IMG/VR virus record: IMGVR_UViG_2864804954_000001
Location: 1 to 46,192 of that record
Direction: 5' to 3' (one strand)
Length of the DNA: 46,192 bases
Source of the DNA: a virus
Taxonomy: Duplodnaviria; Heunggongvirae; Uroviricota; Caudoviricetes
Part shown: positions 1-8,463 of the stretch, in pieces
Numbering within the stretch: the stretch's first letter is position 1
Layout of the letters: each line of letters begins with the position of its first letter
Made by a program: the position numbers and the translations under genes
The notes under the pieces: generated by a model
Told to the model about the DNA's origin: nothing
Database searches by the model: none
What the model saw: only the letters and a program-made list of their open reading frames with translations

Positions 1-1797
1 TCCCTCAACGGTATCCTTCAGGTGACGAGACAGTGAGCCGCGACCTGTGCCGGACTGAGCGTGAGGACAACCGTCGGAAAGTACGATCATGATCTTGCCT
101 TTCTCCTTACGCATACGCAGGCGACGGTGAGCAATGTCAATACATTCTCCATCGACGTTGTTGCGGAGAAAGCTCACGTTAGGCAACCATGCGAAGCGTT
201 GGCGTGTCTCAGTGTTAATACGCTCCTCATAGCCTTTCACGATAGGCATGTAGAGTGATTCATAGCGCGAGTATTTAACGCCGTACTTTCGCTCTTGTTC
301 TTCCATGCGTGAACCGTCGTGGACGTCGCCAGTCGTAAAGCAGATCACCTCATGATTGATACTGAGGCGGTCGAGTACCTGTGAGAGCGCATAGGCTGCT
401 GCTGCTGCGGTGTGAATCTTACCGCCAGTCATTGACCCTGATGCATCGACAACAAGTGATACCGCAACGTCGTTGGTGATGTTCTGACGCTTCTGACGGA
501 ACACGCGGTCGTCGCCTGCACTCAGACGAGCAAGCGCTGACGGATTCATGCGACCTTTGCGCAAGCCGCCTTCCCATGAAGCAATAGACTTTGCTCGCAT
601 GGCACGTTCAAGGTCTTTTGAGATTGGACCAACCATCGCGTCCACTTTCTCGTTCATGTTCACGACCATTCTGGGACTGAAACCTGAGCCGACGTGCAAC
701 TTCTCCACTTTGTCGTGTTCGTTTGTATATACGAGATACGGTGTACCTTTGGCAGCGAGCGCAGCTTGTTCGCCCATCTTGCGCGAAATGGCAGCGTCGT
801 AGTTGTTGGCAGTGTTTTTGTCGATCGCACCCAAGATTGCACCGCCATCTAGGTTTGAAACTTCATCATCGGTTTGCTTGTGGCTCATTTCGCCTGATTT
901 AGCTTTGCCCTTACCTTTTTTACCTTCGTCTTTGCCTTCACCTGAGCTGTCACCTTCGCCTTCGCCTTTAGCTTCGCTTTTGCTCTTGCCTTCGTCTTCA
1001 CCTTCACCATCTTCTTTGGCTGCGCCTGGTGCAGAACCTTCGCCTTCATTTTCGCCTTCGTCGTCTGCGCTGCCGCCTGATGCACCTGCACCTGAACCAC
1101 CGCCACTTTCAGATTCTTCTTCGTTGTCGTCATTTTCATCTTCGTCGGGCGCAGGCGGCTCCTCATCTTTAATGCGCTTGATGATGGTTTGCGCCATGTT
1201 GATCACTTCTTTGGTTGAGCTGAGAGCTTCAATCTGTGGCTGCAAGTCTTTGATCTTGTCGTAGAAGTTTTGAACATGGTGCATCTTGTCATCCATATAC
1301 GCTTGGAAGCGATGCTGACCTGACATGCCGCGCAACAATGGCGTTGCTAACAGTCCAACCATTTCTTCTTCGGAAGCGCCCGCTTTGACTGCCTTTTTAA
1401 TTTCAGGCTCAATCATGTTCTCAAGGAAAAAGTCTGCGGTATTACCCAAGTTTGTACCTGAACCGCGATATTTGTTTGCCATCGCTTTTTCAATACGCGC
1501 ATCTTCGAGAATGTTAAACAGCTGGTGCAAGTCTTTGTCTTTGATCTTCATAGACTGTTTAAAGTCGGTAAACAGGATGTGCGCAACTTCGTGATCGAGA
1601 AAGCCTTGAATAGCGTCAATTAGCGCGTCGTCTGCGTTGTCTGGGAGGTATGGTAGATTAACCTGAACTGGCTTGCCTGACGCGTCATTGCGCACCCATG
1701 CTTCGATACCTGACTGCGTTACTTGAACATCTGCGCCTGAGAGTGTTTGTGTGACCGTTGCGATCGCTTGGCGCATAATTGCTATACGTTCGTTCAT
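1..1797 (-). CDS. CobT-like protein: N-terminal HExxH domain, acidic linker, C-terminal vWA domain (3' end runs off the window)
   Basis: Hand translation from ATG at 1797 (MNERIAIMRQAIATVTQTLSGADVQV...) is open to position 1. It contains DHEVAHILFTD (HExxH), a D/E/G-rich linker at ~880-1170 and the MIDAS motif VVDASGSM at ~430-455. Absent from the ORF track because no stop codon lies in the window. Confidence 0.85.
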   Translation of the reverse strand, partial: MNERIAIMRQAIATVTQTLSGADVQVTQSGIEAWVRNDASGKPVQVNLPYLPDNADDALIDAIQGFLDHEVAHILFTDFKQSMKIKDKDLHQLFNILEDARIEKAMANKYRGSGTNLGNTADFFLENMIEPEIKKAVKAGASEEEMVGLLATPLLRGMSGQHRFQAYMDDKMHHVQNFYDKIKDLQPQIEALSSTKEVINMAQTIIKRIKDEEPPAPDEDENDDNEEESESGGGSGAGASGGSADDEGENEGEGSAPGAAKEDGEGEDEGKSKSEAKGEGEGDSSGEGKDEGKKGKGKAKSGEMSHKQTDDEVSNLDGGAILGAIDKNTANNYDAAISRKMGEQAALAAKGTPYLVYTNEHDKVEKLHVGSGFSPRMVVNMNEKVDAMVGPISKDLERAMRAKSIASWEGGLRKGRMNPSALARLSAGDDRVFRQKRQNITNDVAVSLVVDASGSMTGGKIHTAAAAAYALSQVLDRLSINHEVICFTTGDVHDGSRMEEQERKYGVKYSRYESLYMPIVKGYEERINTETRQRFAWLPNVSFLRNNVDGECIDIAHRRLRMRKEKGKIMIVLSDGCPHAQSGTGRGSLSRHLKDTVEG

Positions 1798-1836
1798 ATT
1801 CAACTTCCTTCGAGTGAAAATTAATACCAAAAATTA

Positions 1837-1852
1837 AAGTCACCGCTGACTT
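1837..1852. promoter_or_regulatory. 16-bp palindromic motif copy (AAGTCA-CCGC-TGACTT)
   Basis: Matches the window-wide consensus WAGTCA-N4-TGACTT; 40 bp upstream of the cobT-like start. Confidence 0.7.
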
Positions 1853-1915
1853 ATTATGTCTAGTATTATGCACGAAAGATGTTGGAATAGAAGTGTTTAT
1901 AGTGGGGAAAATTTT

Positions 1916-1935
1916 AAGCCCCATAATTGGGGCTT
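1916..1935. terminator. Intrinsic terminator-like hairpin
   Basis: AAGCCCCA-TAAT-TGGGGCTT, directly downstream of the small minus-strand ORF. Confidence 0.5.
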
Positions 1936-1962
1936 ATTGTTCGTTTCGAGGCCGTTGGGCTG

Positions 1963-2154
1963 TTACATGCTTATCATAACGCAGTCACTATCTGCTGCAG
2001 ACTGGATGATTACCGCGTTGCCGCAGATTGGATGACCACACAGTCGGCACATCGTAAAAGTTCCTATATTCTCCATAGATGCTTGATCTGATTCGCACAA
2101 ATCGCAAAATTCATCTATGGAGATTAATGTTCCCGCTGCTTGCTTCTCGCTCAT
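1963..2154 (-). CDS. Small Cys-rich, putatively Zn-binding protein (63 aa)
   Basis: MSEKQAAG...FCDLCE...MCRLCGHPIC; two CxxC pairs. ATG at 2154 preferred over the upstream TTG. Confidence 0.55.
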   Translation of the reverse strand: MSEKQAAGTLISIDEFCDLCESDQASMENIGTFTMCRLCGHPICGNAVIIQSAADSDCVMISM

Positions 2155-2412
2155 TTTTACTTCCCAAGACACATTGTTCTTAATTAGGTGGGTTACGGCT
2201 TGGAGGTTTTCGCCAAATTGTAACAAAGTAGATATGGCGTATTATATTGGATTAAATCTTCTTTTCGCTTTGCGTAATTTCCGTTTGATTAAATATTAAC
2301 TAGCGGCCGAAATCTAATTTATAAGTTCCGATGATTGAGAATGGCCTTTTCCAACAAACCGCTGCTTGAAAATTTTGCGTGATTTGTCTCCTAATTTGCC
2401 GTAATTTCGGCT

Positions 2413-2532
2413 AACTTGGGAGACTTGGGCATCCATACCGCTATCGTATATAAATATATAAATCTAATTAATGTATTTAAATTACATATTAATTAATACG
2501 ATAGACATGGCGGTTCCCAAGTCTCCCAAGTT
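2413..2532. repeat. Inverted-repeat / AT-rich-core element, copy A
   Basis: AACTTGGGAGACTTGGG-N11-CTATCGTAT (2413-2449), a 46-bp almost pure A/T core, then ATACGATAG-N11-CCCAAGTCTCCCAAGTT (2496-2532). Confidence 0.8.
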
Positions 2533-2545
2533 GCGGATTTAAAGT

Positions 2546-2561
2546 AAGTCACTTGTAACTT
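2546..2561. promoter_or_regulatory. Palindromic motif copy (AAGTCA-CTTG-TAACTT)
   Basis: One mismatch to consensus; preceded by AAAGT. Confidence 0.6.
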
Positions 2562-2730
2562 AACCGACCTCGGGCGTTCAAATTGCCTTCATAATCTTGT
2601 GCTACAATTGCCTCATAGAGATGTAATTTGGTTCGCTTAATTGTCCATTAATTGAGCCGCATTAACATTAAGCCTGTTGAAATTTGTTAGCTTGGGACGA
2701 AAATTATGGCAAGTGCTATGATTTGTAATT

Positions 2731-2746
2731 AAATCACCCGTAACTT
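2731..2746. promoter_or_regulatory. Palindromic motif copy (AAATCA-CCCG-TAACTT)
   Basis: Degenerate copy followed by the typical ACTTTT tail; upstream of the XRE regulator. Confidence 0.55.
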
Positions 2747-2857
2747 ACTTTTAACGATGTATAATGTTGGGACGAAGGTTCGGTTTGACCTCGACAAAAA
2801 CATTACTATTAAAATTAACTACGGCATTTTGTGCCTTTGGGAACGCGGAGTATCGCT

Positions 2858-3265
2858 ATGAACAACTTAATCAACGACAGTCGCTCAGTGGCGGATATTG
2901 TGAACGACGCGCTTGAGGCGAATCCTCAAATCAAGCAGTCGGTGGTTGCGGAAGTATCAGGCTTTGCGAAGCCAAACATGATCTACATGATCAAGACTGG
3001 CAAGACCAAAGTACCTCTCGATAAAGCAGGCAAGCTGGCGGAAGCTATTCGATTAGACCCTAGAGAGTTCTGGTTTAAGTGTTTGAAAGAATATTTACCA
3101 GGCGCATTTGAGGAGTTCGAGAATTACTGCAAGCAGCCTGTAGTTAGCGCAACGGAGTTGCGTTTCATTAGAGCGGCACGTCACCACAAGTTAGACCTTA
3201 TGAAGCTTTTGGATGACAACACCGCCCCTGTCAAACTCACGGAAGAACAGACTGCGGACGAATAA
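2858..3265 (+). CDS. XRE-family HTH transcriptional regulator (candidate repressor), 135 aa
   Basis: KQSVVAEVSGFAKPNMIYMIKTGKTKVPLDKAGKLAEAI fits an HTH_XRE pattern; GGAG RBS before ATG at 2858. Confidence 0.75.
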   Translation: MNNLINDSRSVADIVNDALEANPQIKQSVVAEVSGFAKPNMIYMIKTGKTKVPLDKAGKLAEAIRLDPREFWFKCLKEYLPGAFEEFENYCKQPVVSATELRFIRAARHHKLDLMKLLDDNTAPVKLTEEQTADE

Positions 3266-3287
3266 CGCTTCAAGTTCCCAAAATACT

Positions 3288-3309
3288 AACCGCCTTCGGG
3301 CGGTTTTTT
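3288..3309 (+). terminator. Intrinsic terminator
   Basis: AACCGCC-TTCG-GGCGGTT followed by a T run, after the regulator stop codon. Confidence 0.85.
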
Positions 3310-3323
3310 ATTCTCTCCCCTTA

Positions 3324-3355
3324 AAATGTAGTAAAATGTCTCTTTTACTACATTT
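3324..3355. other. Candidate tyrosine-recombinase target (resolution) site, 13-6-13
   Basis: Perfect 13-bp inverted arms AAATGTAGTAAAA / TTTTACTACATTT around the asymmetric 6-bp spacer TGTCTC, ~100 bp upstream of the recombinase. An extra half-site AAATGTAGTAA lies at 3409-3419. Confidence 0.55.
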
Positions 3356-3456
3356 GTTAGGAAAAAAGCCTAGACATCGTTTTGGCTTGGCGTTATAAGA
3401 AACTGAACAAATGTAGTAATTTATATTTATTTACTGGACTTTCAGGGATTTACAAA

Positions 3457-4035
3457 ATGATTAAGAGTGGCAAAGCTCCATACGTGCCGCCCGAGGATTT
3501 GGAACTCACAGTTGGAAAGTTGAAGGGTCCAAACATGCGACGAAACAGGGTGGTGTTGTACTTCTCGCATTACCTCGGGTTACGCGCAAAAGAATTGGCG
3601 GCACTCAAGTTGTCAGACGTTTACGATCACAAGCGCAGTAAGGTCAAAGAAGCCATTCGATTATTGGCCGCATATACCAAAGGTCAGAAGTTTAGGGAGG
3701 TTTATCTCGTCAACGAACAGGCGATCGACTATCTCAAAGCCTATCTGTATGCCGAACGCTGTGGTAGTTCGCCTGAATCTCCGCTGTTCATGTCTCAAAA
3801 AGGCGGTCACTTCAATAACAAGTCGATGGCTCGAATGATCAACACTCTTTACAAGCAAGCAGGGGTGAACGCGAGTTCTCACTCTGGGCGACGCTCATTT
3901 GCGACACACTTGATCCGCAAGAATGTAGACATTCATTCTGTGCAGCAGTTGATGGGGCATAGCTCGATTCAAACAACCCAAGAATATTTCGCTACAGACC
4001 CGAACAAACTCAGGGATGCAATGGGCAAGTTATAA
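3457..4035 (+). CDS. Short tyrosine recombinase (catalytic domain only, 192 aa)
   Basis: GLRAKEL (R), SSHSGRRSFAT (HxxR), MGHSSIQTTQEY (H, Y). ATG at 3457 preferred over the TTG at 3382. Confidence 0.9.
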   Translation: MIKSGKAPYVPPEDLELTVGKLKGPNMRRNRVVLYFSHYLGLRAKELAALKLSDVYDHKRSKVKEAIRLLAAYTKGQKFREVYLVNEQAIDYLKAYLYAERCGSSPESPLFMSQKGGHFNNKSMARMINTLYKQAGVNASSHSGRRSFATHLIRKNVDIHSVQQLMGHSSIQTTQEYFATDPNKLRDAMGKL

Positions 4036-4069
4036 ATATGGCAATATGGGAATATTCCTTGCCATATTT
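4034..4069. promoter_or_regulatory. Inverted repeat upstream of parA (candidate centromere/operator)
   Basis: AAATATGGCAA-N14-TTGCCATATTT; further TTGCCA-type half sites at ~4102 and ~4150. Confidence 0.45.
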
Positions 4070-4173
4070 CCATGTACTCATCAGGTCACTTTTAAATGCC
4101 GTTGCCAAACTATGCAGCCTATATTACACTCATGCTTTCACTGGTGCATTTGCCAATATTAGAAGGATAAAAA

Positions 4174-4824
4174 ATGTTAATACTAATCGCTAACTCGAAA
4201 GGCGGTTCACACAAGACCTCACTTGCAACTTCAATTCTTGCGGAACTCTCTAAACACCACGCAGTAGTCGGCATTGACCTTGACCCTGTAAATAAGTCAG
4301 CGTCCAAATGGAGCGTCTCTCGCGATGAAACGCAGGGGAAATTCTACGAACTTACTGGAGACATTAAGGACGAACTGGCGCGTGTACGCGACGATTATGA
4401 CCATGTTATCGTGGACGCTGGCGGTTTCGATAACATTGAAATTCGTACTGCAATGGCTCTAGCTGACGTGGTTTTAATCCCACTTAAAGTCGGTTCTTTG
4501 GATAATATTGAGGGTTTCCGCAACATCGTTGATCTCGTCTATGAGTTCCAACCAGTTAAAGAAAAGCCTGCAAAAGTGTTTGGCGTTGTCGTTGGTGCGA
4601 AGGGTGTTGGCGGTGGCGCAGAAATTCAACGTGCGCTTGCTGAGATTGCCGACTATGACGCTGTTAAGCCACTGAAAACCTCAATCGCTGATCGCATTTG
4701 GTATGGGCGTGCCATAGATGCAAAAGTCGGTCTGACTGAATATGTAAGTCCTGACCCAAAAGACTTCCGTTTAGTTGAAATGGCCAAAAAAGAATTTTTA
4801 GCAATGCTTGAGGAGATTATGTAA
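4174..4824 (+). CDS. parA: ParA-family partition ATPase (short, type Ib-like)
   Basis: N-terminal ANSKGGSHKTS deviant Walker A, IDLDP, VIVDAGG Walker B, ADVVLIP; no N-terminal HTH. Confidence 0.88.
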   Translation: MLILIANSKGGSHKTSLATSILAELSKHHAVVGIDLDPVNKSASKWSVSRDETQGKFYELTGDIKDELARVRDDYDHVIVDAGGFDNIEIRTAMALADVVLIPLKVGSLDNIEGFRNIVDLVYEFQPVKEKPAKVFGVVVGAKGVGGGAEIQRALAEIADYDAVKPLKTSIADRIWYGRAIDAKVGLTEYVSPDPKDFRLVEMAKKEFLAMLEEIM

Positions 4825-5252
4825 TGACTGAATCAAACAACGAGAAAGGCGCATTGCCACCTAAGCGCGAACGTACACCACCAGGACAAGGGCAGCCACA
4901 AACACAGGAACAGCGTCAGCAGGCGGAAGATGAAATCATCAACAACGCACCTTTGCGCAGTACCGACGACAGCTCTACCAATGCTGCAGAGCCAAAACAG
5001 ACACGTAAAGCAAAGAAACCGAAACCTTGGCGTCAGGGCTTTGATTTGTCAGCCGAAGAACTCTCACACATGCCAGTAAAGACCACGCTCTCTACGAGCA
5101 AGGAGATTGAGCTGCGCTTGGCGTTTATTGCGAACGAAATGAACCTGAATCGCGGCTTTGGGCCAAAGACGTTCTTGCGTGACCTACAGATGCAGGCGTT
5201 TGAGGAGTTCACTACACGTAAGCTGAAGGAGATGGGTTACGACGTCGATTAA
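4824..5252 (+). CDS. Putative centromere-binding partition partner (ParB/ParG-like)
   Basis: Start overlaps the parA stop (TAATG). Disordered P/Q/E-rich N-terminus and compact C-terminal domain. Assignment rests on position. Confidence 0.55.
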   Translation: MTESNNEKGALPPKRERTPPGQGQPQTQEQRQQAEDEIINNAPLRSTDDSSTNAAEPKQTRKAKKPKPWRQGFDLSAEELSHMPVKTTLSTSKEIELRLAFIANEMNLNRGFGPKTFLRDLQMQAFEEFTTRKLKEMGYDVD

Positions 5253-5265
5253 GTCCAACTCATTA

Positions 5266-5289
5266 AAAAGCCCGCTTATGCGGGCTTTT
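5266..5289. terminator. Bidirectional intrinsic terminator
   Basis: AAAAGCCCGC-TTAT-GCGGGCTTTT between convergent genes. Confidence 0.8.
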
Positions 5290-5929
5290 CTTCGTCATCA
5301 CCGAAGATGATTGGATTGTAATGATCTGCAACCATTCGCTTGTACTGCGTCCCTAAGCTAGTCCATGAGCGACCGTATGCGCCATAAACCACCTCGTTGA
5401 GATCATCTAGGGCAACATGCTCTAAGTCGTCTGTGACGTGCCAAAACATATGTATCGTCTTAGTAGATAGAACGCTACTGCGGAGCACACCTTGCGCAAG
5501 CTCTGTGAGATTGGAAAGTCTATGTGCTTGCTGTACGGTTAAGTTTGCGGTGCGAATCGCTGATAACTCCATTTCCATGCCGAATAGGAGTGCCATGCGG
5601 TAGATCGGCGGCATACGCTTTAAGCCCGATACAAACTCTGTGGTCGTTAATGCTTCTGTGTGGTCTTGGTAATAGTCTAGTAGTGGTGAATCGCAAAGGT
5701 CGTCAAGTTTGGCGTAAAGTACGTGTTGGATTAAAAAGCTAATTTCTTGGTCAATGTTTGAGTTTGTGTCGTTCATTAAGGTTTTTTTGCGCACAGCAAC
5801 GAGCTGCACAGGATGAATCTCCGAGACTTCTTTGTCCCAAAGTTTCGATTTTGCGATCGCAGAGCCTGCCAAAGTTGGCAGTAAGCCTGGAATTTCTTTT
5901 AACAACATGAAGGAAAACCCCTTAAACAA
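5276..5929 (-). CDS. Hypothetical protein (start uncertain)
   Basis: 217-aa ORF in the coding orientation of the block; no recognisable motif. Confidence 0.6.
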   Translation of the reverse strand: MFKGFSFMLLKEIPGLLPTLAGSAIAKSKLWDKEVSEIHPVQLVAVRKKTLMNDTNSNIDQEISFLIQHVLYAKLDDLCDSPLLDYYQDHTEALTTTEFVSGLKRMPPIYRMALLFGMEMELSAIRTANLTVQQAHRLSNLTELAQGVLRSSVLSTKTIHMFWHVTDDLEHVALDDLNEVVYGAYGRSWTSLGTQYKRMVADHYNPIIFGDDEEKPA

Positions 5930-5979
5930 AAAACCCCAACCGAAGTTGAGGCTTTTATTATAGTGGCTCTGAAGTAGTT

Positions 5980-6624
5980 TTAAGCCACTTTTTTGATGCT
6001 TGCCTTGAAATTAATGCTGGACGGCAACTCATTCATGCGCGTGACGTGATCATGGATGATGGCCGAAACCTGTTGAATTTCTTCAGGACGGTCTCCTGAC
6101 ATATCAAAAAAGATGTCAAAGTGAGTGCCGCGCTTGGCCTCGTCCACCCACCCCTTCTCCATTTCGATGTAGCTGACCACCTTGTCAATGTACTCCGCAT
6201 TGCTTAGGCTATTTTCATCACGCTCCTTGATTAGACGCGCCAGGATCGTCATCATGTCTCCGTCGATAAAACTCATCAAGTGCGGCATCTTGTTCGCGAT
6301 CAAGTATTTGCGGAGCTTCTTTGCACCATTAGGGCTGAGTGTGACAACTGAGTTCACATTACCTTCGATGGCTTCGAGCAATTCAGCGAAAGACAAACCG
6401 TATTGCTCGCCAAAGAAGGTTTCGGTTTCAAGGTATTTACCGCTTTCTTTGGCCTTGTTAAACGTCTCATGGTCGAGAAAGTAATAAGTGTACCCTTCAA
6501 CTTCGTTGTTCATGCGTTTGCGTGTGGTGCTTGTCACGATCTTGGTGTAGCCGCGCAAAACTAAATCATCTGCAATCTGACGTTTGCCCGAGCGCGTTTG
6601 TCCTGAAAGTATTACTAATGCCAT
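5980..6624 (-). CDS. Guanylate-kinase-like nucleotide kinase (214 aa)
   Basis: VILSGQTRSGK P-loop and IVTSTTRKRMNNEVEGYTYYFLD, matching the GMPK TTRxxRxxExxGxxYxF signature. ATG at 6624. Confidence 0.8.
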   Translation of the reverse strand: MALVILSGQTRSGKRQIADDLVLRGYTKIVTSTTRKRMNNEVEGYTYYFLDHETFNKAKESGKYLETETFFGEQYGLSFAELLEAIEGNVNSVVTLSPNGAKKLRKYLIANKMPHLMSFIDGDMMTILARLIKERDENSLSNAEYIDKVVSYIEMEKGWVDEAKRGTHFDIFFDMSGDRPEEIQQVSAIIHDHVTRMNELPSSINFKASIKKVA

Positions 6625-6698
6625 TTTATTTGTCCCTAATTGGTTTGGTGCAATAAAGAATGCCGACCATTTCGAGATAGTCGGCATTTCAATTTCTA

Positions 6699-7085
6699 TC
6701 AGCAGTAACGTCGATAAACTTGGCGATCAGCCGAGTAACGACTATTGCGCAAGGTGTCACATTCGACATCGTCATCACGGCGGTGTGAACCGTAGTATGG
6801 TCTTGGCTTTGTTGCGCTGTTCGCTACAACTGGCTTTTTCACCGTTGAGATCGGTCGCGGTGCAACTGGCTTAACCACTGTTGGCGTTGTACGTGCAATC
6901 GAAGATGTTGTACGAGTTACCGATGGGCGTGAACTGCTAAAGCTGCTCGACGAACGGCTAACACTTACGCTACTGCGGCCACCGCTGAACCCTGCATGTG
7001 CTTGTTGCAATGACAGAGCAATGATTGCTCCTGCGGTACACATTGCCAGTACCGCTGCAATCACCACATCTTTAATGTTGATCAT
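6699..7085 (-). CDS. Exported or membrane-anchored S/R/T/P-rich low-complexity protein
   Basis: Hydrophobic N-terminus ending in QAHA, then GFSGGRSSVSVSRSSSSFSSSRPS; start overlaps the ligase stop. Confidence 0.6.
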   Translation of the reverse strand: MINIKDVVIAAVLAMCTAGAIIALSLQQAHAGFSGGRSSVSVSRSSSSFSSSRPSVTRTTSSIARTTPTVVKPVAPRPISTVKKPVVANSATKPRPYYGSHRRDDDVECDTLRNSRYSADRQVYRRYC

Positions 7086-8452
7086 GCCGCTTTCCCAGTG
7101 ATGATGTTGTCAAATTGCGCTTGAATGCGCTCCAAACTGTCTGCTTCGTCTTTGTCTGTGCGGTACACATCTTCTGCAAGGCGAGGTAAAAACAAGCTGT
7201 AATCGTCATTTGATGCACTTGGACTAAGCAACTGATTAAACACGACCGTTACAATTTTACCATTCCAGTCTGCACGATCTTTTTCAATCGCCTTGCGCAT
7301 CTTTTCATTCTTGACCGCAACATCAACTTTCAATTTGCCACACGCAGATCGGCAACGTAACGCTCCCGGCAAGCCTTCGTTCTTACTGCCAATCTTGCCG
7401 TCCGCAATGTCGTAGATTTCCAACTCACACGGCGCTTCGATCTTGAGCTTCACTTGATCTTTAGATGTGCCATCTTTCCAAATCATGTCAGGACGTTTAA
7501 TTACAGTGCCCTCTTTACCTTGCTTGGTAAGACTGAAAAAGTGATCGTATGCGGCAGCGAGTGACGTCACCACCTTCGTTTCGATCATGCGAATGTGAGT
7601 GGTGTTCTTGGTTGTGTCGCGAATATCCTTCAGACGATTCAAGTAAGGCGTGTTGTACTGCCCTTTCGCTTTCACCGCAGTGATTGGAATTAAGTCCCAA
7701 ATCAAGTAAATCGGACGCTCACCTTCGCCAAACTTGCCACCTTTAAGAACTGAGTTCAGAATGCCGTTACTGACTTCACGCGCCAAAATTTCGCCATCAC
7801 GTTCAACCATTAGCTCACCGTGATACTGGAAGTTTTCACGGAGCTTGACCTTTGCTTCTTCAATCAGATCGCCAAACTCATCCATAGGGAATGGTGAGCC
7901 TTGACGCGAAGCGAAGAACAATGTGCCTTTGATGCGGTTGCCATTTGCGAACATACTGTCGGCTTTCTCTTGTGAGATAATACCTTTCGACCAGTCCCAT
8001 TCTTCGATCTTCGCTTCTTTTGGCAAAGAGCAGCGCTGATAAGGGAAAACGGGGATTAAGTCCTTACATGCTTTGTTGATGGTTGATTCGCTGAAGCCTG
8101 CACGTAGGTCTTTACGCAAGATACGAATCAATAGCTCTGCTGAATCCTTGCTGAGTGTACGCAACTGTTTCTCAAGTGCGTCTTTGGCTGCGTTACCTGT
8201 GAGTTTGCGATCAATCAGGTCTTGCAGGAACTCATGCGTACCGTTTTCATCAAAGAACAATTCGCCTGGCTCAATTTCTTCGTGCGCTTTGGTTGGCCGA
8301 ATGCCAAAGATCATAAAAGGGTCGTATGCGAGTTTGCACACCGCCTTAAATTCATCATTTGCCGCAAAGTTCGTAACGAGTGCCTGCTTGTCATTCTTTG
8401 ACGATTTTTCGGCTACTTCGTTAAGTGCGAGTAATATGTCTTTACTGTTCAT
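7082..8452 (-). CDS. ATP-dependent DNA ligase
   Basis: Ligase motifs in order: EKADS (I), HGELMV (III), IWDLIP (IIIa), EGTVIK (IV), KLKI (V), LFLPR...RTDK (VI). N-terminal ILRKDLRAGFSESTINK as in T4-like ligases. Confidence 0.9.
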   Translation of the reverse strand: MNSKDILLALNEVAEKSSKNDKQALVTNFAANDEFKAVCKLAYDPFMIFGIRPTKAHEEIEPGELFFDENGTHEFLQDLIDRKLTGNAAKDALEKQLRTLSKDSAELLIRILRKDLRAGFSESTINKACKDLIPVFPYQRCSLPKEAKIEEWDWSKGIISQEKADSMFANGNRIKGTLFFASRQGSPFPMDEFGDLIEEAKVKLRENFQYHGELMVERDGEILAREVSNGILNSVLKGGKFGEGERPIYLIWDLIPITAVKAKGQYNTPYLNRLKDIRDTTKNTTHIRMIETKVVTSLAAAYDHFFSLTKQGKEGTVIKRPDMIWKDGTSKDQVKLKIEAPCELEIYDIADGKIGSKNEGLPGALRCRSACGKLKVDVAVKNEKMRKAIEKDRADWNGKIVTVVFNQLLSPSASNDDYSLFLPRLAEDVYRTDKDEADSLERIQAQFDNIITGKAA

Positions 8453-8463
8453 GGATATACCCT

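Noticed and set aside
803-1264. Ser/Pro-rich plus-strand ORF and the Lys-rich ORF at 885-1166
   Set aside because: Antisense and off-frame shadows of the acidic linker of the cobT-like gene.
2312-2434. 40-codon minus-strand ORF starting in element A (MDAQVSQVSRNYG...)
   Set aside because: No RBS or motif; it probably reflects similarity of element A to the 5' end of the 247-aa gene.
2413-2532. Element A as a protelomerase telRL site of a linear (N15-like) replicon
   Set aside because: The centre is not a perfect palindrome, a second copy exists and no protelomerase is in the window.
5276-5929. Possible degenerate recombinase fold in the 217-aa hypothetical protein
   Set aside because: Only vague resemblance; no R-H-R-Y catalytic residues identifiable.
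7082-8452. Ligase motif I KADS instead of KxDG as a sign of inactivation
   Set aside because: The catalytic Lys and Asp and all other motifs are intact; a single substitution is insufficient evidence.
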